Assembly (NCBI GenBank): GCA_028691985.1
Contig: JAQUYG010000004.1
Coordinates: forward strand, 1 to 59,787
Direction: 5' to 3'
DNA: 59,787 bases
From: Minisyncoccota bacterium
GTDB lineage: Bacteria; Patescibacteriota; Minisyncoccia; JAHIHE01; JAGLIN01
Part shown: positions 55,322 through 59,787 of the stretch, piece by piece
Position numbering within the stretch: position 1 is the first letter of the stretch
Layout of the letters: every line of letters begins with the position of its first letter
Notes under the pieces: generated by a model
Databases searched by the model: none
What the model saw: only the letters and a program-made list of their open reading frames with translations
What the model was told of the DNA's origin: nothing
Program-made: the position numbers and the translations under genes

Positions 55322-57121
55322 CTATTCCATTTTTCCCTCTCTCTTCGCTCTCGTTCTTTCGATCTCCGTCAGATACTTTTTACGAAGCCGCACACTTTTC
55401 GGCGTAACCTCCATAAATTCGTCATTTTTCATAATTTCCAGACCTCTTTCCAAAGTCACTCGCATCGGCGGAGTGAGCTTGATAGACTCTTCTGAACCGG
55501 AAGCACGCATGTTAGTCAGGTGCTTACCTTTAATGACATTAACGCTCATATCGTTACCCTTCGCTACATCCCCCACTACCATACCCTCATATACATCCGT
55601 GTTGGCATCAATATACAAGGTCCCTCTATCTTGCATATTATAAAGAGTATAAGCCAAAGCTTTTCCGGTTAGCATCGAAACCATTGAACCGACATCGTGC
55701 TTCTCGATTTCACCCACATGTGGCCTGAAACCGATCACCTGACTACACAAGATTCCTTCACCTTTCGTATCGATTATAAACTCTCCTCGATAACCCAAAA
55801 GTCCGCGAGTAGGAATTTCAAATATAAGCCGCACCTGGCTTCCGTCCTGCTTCATATTCGTCATGACACCCTTGCGCTTGGCAAGTTTTTCAATCACTGC
55901 CCCCGAAGACTCGCTTGGTACATCGATTGTCACTTCTTCAAAAGGTTCCAATTTATGCCCGCCTTCCTCCTTGATAATCACATGAGGCTGCGACACCTGC
56001 AGTTCGAAACCTTCGCGACGCATATTCTCCAAAAGTATAGCGACATGAAGTTCACCACGACCATAAACCTTGAAAGAATCGTTCTGCGAAAAATCAACTC
56101 GAAGCCCGACATTAATTTCCAGCTCCTTTTCCAGACGGTCACGAATCTGACGAATAGTCACAAATTTTCCTTCTTTTCCAGCAAAAGGAGAATCGTTTAC
56201 CAAAAAATTCAAACAAATAGTCGGTTCGTCGACATTGATCGCCGGCAGACTTTTCTGTGATTCTTCCTTACAGATTGTGTCTCCGATATAAATATCCGCA
56301 AGCCCCGCAATCATAACGATGTCACCCGTCGTTGCTTCTTTGACTTCCTTGCGGCTCACACCCTCAAAAGTGAAGAGTTTGACGATCCTACCTTTCTGAA
56401 TTTCTCCCGAAGTTTTCTTAATCAGAACATCTTCTCCTGTCTGAATTTGGCCTTCATAAATTCTACCGATTGCCAATCGACCCAAAAAATTATCATAAGC
56501 TAGATTGAAAGGCTGCAAACTGAGAAGATTTTGCTCTTTTTCAAGGGATGATGCCGGCGCCACTTCCTCCAAAATCACATCCAAAAGCGGGCTTAAATCT
56601 TTCGACTCATCCTCAAGTTTTCGTTTAGCGATACCATCCCGCCCGATAGCATAAAGTACTGTGAAATCGAGCTGCTCCTCATTGGCACCTAAATCCATAA
56701 AAAGCTCAAAAACCATTTCTTCAACTTCCTCCGGTCTTGCTGCCGGCTTGTCGATTTTGTTGAGAACCACAATCGGCTTCAATCCCAGTTCCAAAGACTT
56801 CTTAAGCACAAACTTGGTCTGCGGCATCGGGCCTTCCTGTGCGTCCACCAAAAGAACCACCGAATCAATCGATCGCAAAACCCGCTCCACCTCACTCCCG
56901 AAATCGGAGTGACCAGGGGTGTCCACGATATTAATCTTGGTGTCCTTATAAAAAACCGAAGTATTCTTGGAATAGATAGTAATTCCTCTTTCCAGCTCTA
57001 GCGCGTTGCTGTCCATGCTCACACTATCGTCCGACATTCCGGTTTGCCTCATCAACGCATCGGTAAGAGTCGTCTTCCCGTGATCGACATGAGCGATAAT
57101 TGCAATGTTTCTTATTTCCAT
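55322..57121 (-). CDS. typA: Translational GTPase TypA/BipA
   Basis: 599-aa ORF: AHVDHGKTT, DTPGHSDF, NKIDK, and the BipA-type C-terminal domain. Confidence 0.93.
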   Translation of the reverse strand: MEIRNIAIIAHVDHGKTTLTDALMRQTGMSDDSVSMDSNALELERGITIYSKNTSVFYKDTKINIVDTPGHSDFGSEVERVLRSIDSVVLLVDAQEGPMPQTKFVLKKSLELGLKPIVVLNKIDKPAARPEEVEEMVFELFMDLGANEEQLDFTVLYAIGRDGIAKRKLEDESKDLSPLLDVILEEVAPASSLEKEQNLLSLQPFNLAYDNFLGRLAIGRIYEGQIQTGEDVLIKKTSGEIQKGRIVKLFTFEGVSRKEVKEATTGDIVMIAGLADIYIGDTICKEESQKSLPAINVDEPTICLNFLVNDSPFAGKEGKFVTIRQIRDRLEKELEINVGLRVDFSQNDSFKVYGRGELHVAILLENMRREGFELQVSQPHVIIKEEGGHKLEPFEEVTIDVPSESSGAVIEKLAKRKGVMTNMKQDGSQVRLIFEIPTRGLLGYRGEFIIDTKGEGILCSQVIGFRPHVGEIEKHDVGSMVSMLTGKALAYTLYNMQDRGTLYIDANTDVYEGMVVGDVAKGNDMSVNVIKGKHLTNMRASGSEESIKLTPPMRVTLERGLEIMKNDEFMEVTPKSVRLRKKYLTEIERTRAKREGKME

Positions 57122-57202
57122 ATTTATATAAATTTAAACTAAAAAAATCAGCCGAGTTTTCACTGACGACTTATTTTGGCACAATTTTTGATTTGTGTCA
57201 AT

Positions 57203-57232
57203 AAAAAAATAGAAAGGGCGGTTTACCACCCT
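57203..57232 (-). terminator. Terminator after the 175-aa secreted-protein gene
   Basis: The minus strand reads AGGGTGG-TAAA-CCGCCCT followed by TTCTATTTTTTT. Confidence 0.65.
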
Positions 57233-57759
57233 TAGGAGAGAATTTCTAATTCCAGAGAATCTAGCAAAATTAAAAGCTTATTTCCATCGTCGTACCAATA
57301 TAAATCCAGATAGACATGCTCGCAATCCAATACACTCTTTATATCTTCAAAGCCTTCTGGTAGTACATAGCCAGAAAAATCTCCTGGTAGAGGACTTATT
57401 GATATTTTACAGCTTTCTCCAGGATCTATACTTTGGTTTGCAAATACTAAAGGAAAAAGCACATATTCTTGCTTCACATCAGTATGGATAACTAAAGCAA
57501 GATATTTTCCCGTACAATTCACCAGTGACAGACCATTGTTCACTAGGTTCAAATCAAAACTTCCTTTTTCTTCAGAAGCATTGATAGCAGAAACTGGATC
57601 TCCTTGCGAAGTATAATAAGTCATGTTTTCGACTGCCAGTACTCCAAGCTCCGATATTCTAGGAACCTGCACATCGCTTGCAGAAACAGTTGAGCATAAT
57701 GTGCCACAAAATAAAAGGGCCAAAATTAAAGGAATAAAGGTTCTTTTTGTTCTTTTCAT
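57232..57759 (-). CDS. Hypothetical secreted protein
   Basis: 175-aa ORF with the signal peptide FIPLILALLFCGTLCSTVSA. Confidence 0.55.
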   Translation of the reverse strand: MKRTKRTFIPLILALLFCGTLCSTVSASDVQVPRISELGVLAVENMTYYTSQGDPVSAINASEEKGSFDLNLVNNGLSLVNCTGKYLALVIHTDVKQEYVLFPLVFANQSIDPGESCKISISPLPGDFSGYVLPEGFEDIKSVLDCEHVYLDLYWYDDGNKLLILLDSLELEILS

Positions 57760-57918
57760 ATTTATCTTTCCTAGGTCATATTTTTTGACCTAAAACTAAA
57801 GTATAGTAAAAAGGTGTAAATGTCAAGCCAAAAAATACTCCACCATCAAACTACGCCCAATATTGTCAGTACGAATGAATAGAATTTTAAACATAAGCAA
57901 ATATCAATATTTTTTAGT

Positions 57919-57969
57919 TGTCATTCTGAGCGCAGCGATAGCGGAGTCGAAGGATCCCTTCGTTACGCC
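57919..57969. repeat. Family-2 repeat copy, half element
   Basis: GTCATTCTGAGCGCAGCGATAGCGGAGTCGAAGGATCCCTTCGTTACGCC. Confidence 0.7.
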
Positions 57970-58072
57970 TAAACTTTGCAATAAATATTTTTACCCTAAT
58001 ACAATATTCAAGCGATTCCTCAATCGCATTAGTGCATTTCGAAATGACAAGAAGAAAAAGATCCTAATATGT

Positions 58073-58996
58073 TTACGACAACACCCCCTTAATAATCAAG
58101 TCCTCCGCCTGCGTTTTTGACAGCCCGCGTGCCATCAAAGTCTCCAGCTGACGATTGTCCACGCCTCCCAAATTTGCTTCATGCGTAACGCGTGCCAATG
58201 GATGCAGCACCTCGACTTCAGGGTAGGCTTTCACTCTGCCGTTTCCTTGCAGAATTTCCGTACAATCGACATGCCCGAAAGAACCGGCTGCCTTGGCTGT
58301 GATTTTATTATAGACTTCCGCTCTGGTTTCATCCCGCGCCGCGATGCGTGACCTCAAGACCGCCTTCGCATTTTCCCCCAAAAGCATGGCGCTTTCTCGA
58401 ATATCTATAATATCCTTGCCCTTGCCGGAAATTTTGGAAATGAAATCACTAGAACTATCTGCCTCACAGAAAAGGTCATAATCAATGTCGATAAGCCCAA
58501 CCCTCCCACCGATAAGCTCAAAATCCGTACGGAACCTTGCGCCTTTACCGATTTTAACCGTCGCGTGCGGATAGACTTTGCTCGTTCCCTTTGCGCTATG
58601 GATATGCTTTTCAAAGTATCTGAAAGTTGACCCCTCTTCCAATCTGATTTTACCTTCCATCAGATGTTTGCTCGGATCGTTTTTAGGAAATATACAATGA
58701 CTGAACACATTTATCACTGCGCCCTTGCCTACGACGATATTCATATTGATTTTTTGCACTTTGCTCTTATGCAAAATCCCGAAACAAAAATGTACCGGCT
58801 TCTTGATAACCACGCCGGGCAAAACTTTCACACTGATGTCAACACCGTCTTTTTGCTCTTTGAGTTTCAAAACCAACCCCTCCACACCGTTAGATGAGAG
58901 AATCTTATTATTGTCGATAAAAAGGCTAGCAGTTTCAAAATCTCCCAAAATGCCTTCGGCCTGCGCCAATTTTATAAGTTCGTTTAATTCTTTCAT
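58073..58996 (-). CDS. sufD: Fe-S cluster assembly protein, SufB/SufD family (SufD-like)
   Basis: 307-aa ORF with beta-helix-type repeats and the C-terminal THEANLGGVDNRQLETLMARGLS. It overlaps the sufC stop by 4 nt. Confidence 0.75.
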   Translation of the reverse strand: MKELNELIKLAQAEGILGDFETASLFIDNNKILSSNGVEGLVLKLKEQKDGVDISVKVLPGVVIKKPVHFCFGILHKSKVQKINMNIVVGKGAVINVFSHCIFPKNDPSKHLMEGKIRLEEGSTFRYFEKHIHSAKGTSKVYPHATVKIGKGARFRTDFELIGGRVGLIDIDYDLFCEADSSSDFISKISGKGKDIIDIRESAMLLGENAKAVLRSRIAARDETRAEVYNKITAKAAGSFGHVDCTEILQGNGRVKAYPEVEVLHPLARVTHEANLGGVDNRQLETLMARGLSKTQAEDLIIKGVLS

Positions 58997-59730
58997 ATTT
59001 TTTTAATCTTATCCTCATCCGGCTTATTTTTGCGTGAACACTTGAGGCACCGATTCTTAAAGTATTCCGCCACATCGCCGCCCTTGCTCTCGTCGATAAG
59101 TTTGCCGTCACAAAGCAAAAACGCCGAATCGGTCCGTTTCAAAACCTGCACATTGTGTGTAATAACGATCACAGTCGTACCGATTTTCTTCAAATATTCC
59201 ATCACCTCGAAAACTTTTTTAAGCGCCTCGATATCCACACCAGAATCCGGCTCATCCAGAATCACCAGCTTCGGTTTCATGCAGATGATAGATGCCAACT
59301 CGATTCTCTTTCTCTCTCCCCCCGAAAGCGTCTTATCGACTGCGCGCGAAAGATATTTTTCACTTTTAAGCCCGACTCGCTGGAGCGCATCAAGAATACA
59401 TTCCTCATCGCCACCGACTGAAGCGCCGAGATAATCCCCGACTTTGAGCCCCTGGAATCGTGCTGGCTCCTGCCACGCGAGCGTCAGTCCCGCCTCCGCC
59501 CTCTGCGAAATCGAAAGCTTCTTAATCGATTTACCCTCAAAGAGAATATCTCCAGAAATTTCCCGATATTCACCCAATCCCATCAGGATATAAGCTAAAG
59601 TCGACTTACCCGAACCGTTCGGACCCACCAATGCACAAGTCTTTCCCGCTTCTATTTCCAGAGAGACACCATCTATGATTTTTCTCCCAGCCTTTTCCAG
59701 GCTGAGATTTTTTATTGAAAGTATAGCCAT
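58993..59730 (-). CDS. sufC: Fe-S cluster assembly ATPase SufC
   Basis: 245-aa ORF: Walker A GPNGSGKST, signature LSGGERKR, Walker B LVILDEPDSG. Confidence 0.9.
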   Translation of the reverse strand: MAILSIKNLSLEKAGRKIIDGVSLEIEAGKTCALVGPNGSGKSTLAYILMGLGEYREISGDILFEGKSIKKLSISQRAEAGLTLAWQEPARFQGLKVGDYLGASVGGDEECILDALQRVGLKSEKYLSRAVDKTLSGGERKRIELASIICMKPKLVILDEPDSGVDIEALKKVFEVMEYLKKIGTTVIVITHNVQVLKRTDSAFLLCDGKLIDESKGGDVAEYFKNRCLKCSRKNKPDEDKIKKI

Positions 59731-59787
59731 TTATAAAGTTTAACTGATATGATTTTATCTTAACTTTTCCAACCCAAAAAGTCAAAA

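Noticed and set aside
1-59787. Stop-codon reassignment (TGA or TAG), as seen in some candidate phyla
   Set aside because: dnaG ends in TGA, and rpoD and rnc end in TAG, at the expected protein C-termini. No conserved gene requires read-through, so the code is standard.
1-59787. CRISPR arrays, rRNA genes, prophage or integrase genes
   Set aside because: I saw no regularly spaced direct repeats, no rRNA-like conserved blocks and no integrase, capsid or terminase-like ORFs. The repeats present are hairpin/REP-type, not CRISPR-type.

Overview
This 59.8-kb window comes from a gene-dense, AT-biased bacterial chromosome. Most genes are minus-strand housekeeping genes: dnaG-rpoD, fusA, alaS, murG, murA, glmS, rnc, nusB, rpmF, rnhB, dnaE, thrS, miaB-miaA, gatB, aspS, argS, dnaJ, uvrB, typA and sufC/sufD. 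There are three tRNA genes (Asn-GTT, Val-CAC, Lys-TTT), none with an encoded CCA. I found no rRNA and no CRISPR array. TGA and TAG both terminate conserved genes, so the code is standard. Short AlaRS and ThrRS, lysine-rich tails on sigma-70 and L32, near-consensus TTGACA-N16/17-TATAAT promoters and almost no Shine-Dalgarno motifs suggest an uncultivated reduced-genome lineage (Patescibacteria/CPR-like); this is inference only. The accessory content is the interesting part. (1) A 529-aa stand-alone UG/Abi-type reverse transcriptase sits in a low-GC islet 11 bp downstream of murG and is bracketed by a perfect 13-bp inverted repeat. (2) An IS200-like/RAYT HUH-Y1 transposase is flanked by inverted REP hairpins, and four ~85-110-bp REPIN-like doublets of the same hairpin family lie in intergenic spacers, one of them between a T-box leader and thrS. 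(3) Two further short repeat families are present, one of which occurs in frame inside alaS. (4) A 907-aa secreted metallophosphoesterase has a signal peptide split over two reading frames at an A_AAA_AAC heptamer next to a G8 tract. (5) The argS-aspS spacer and the argS upstream region are unusually structured. All calls come from reading the sequence and ORF translations; no database search was possible.
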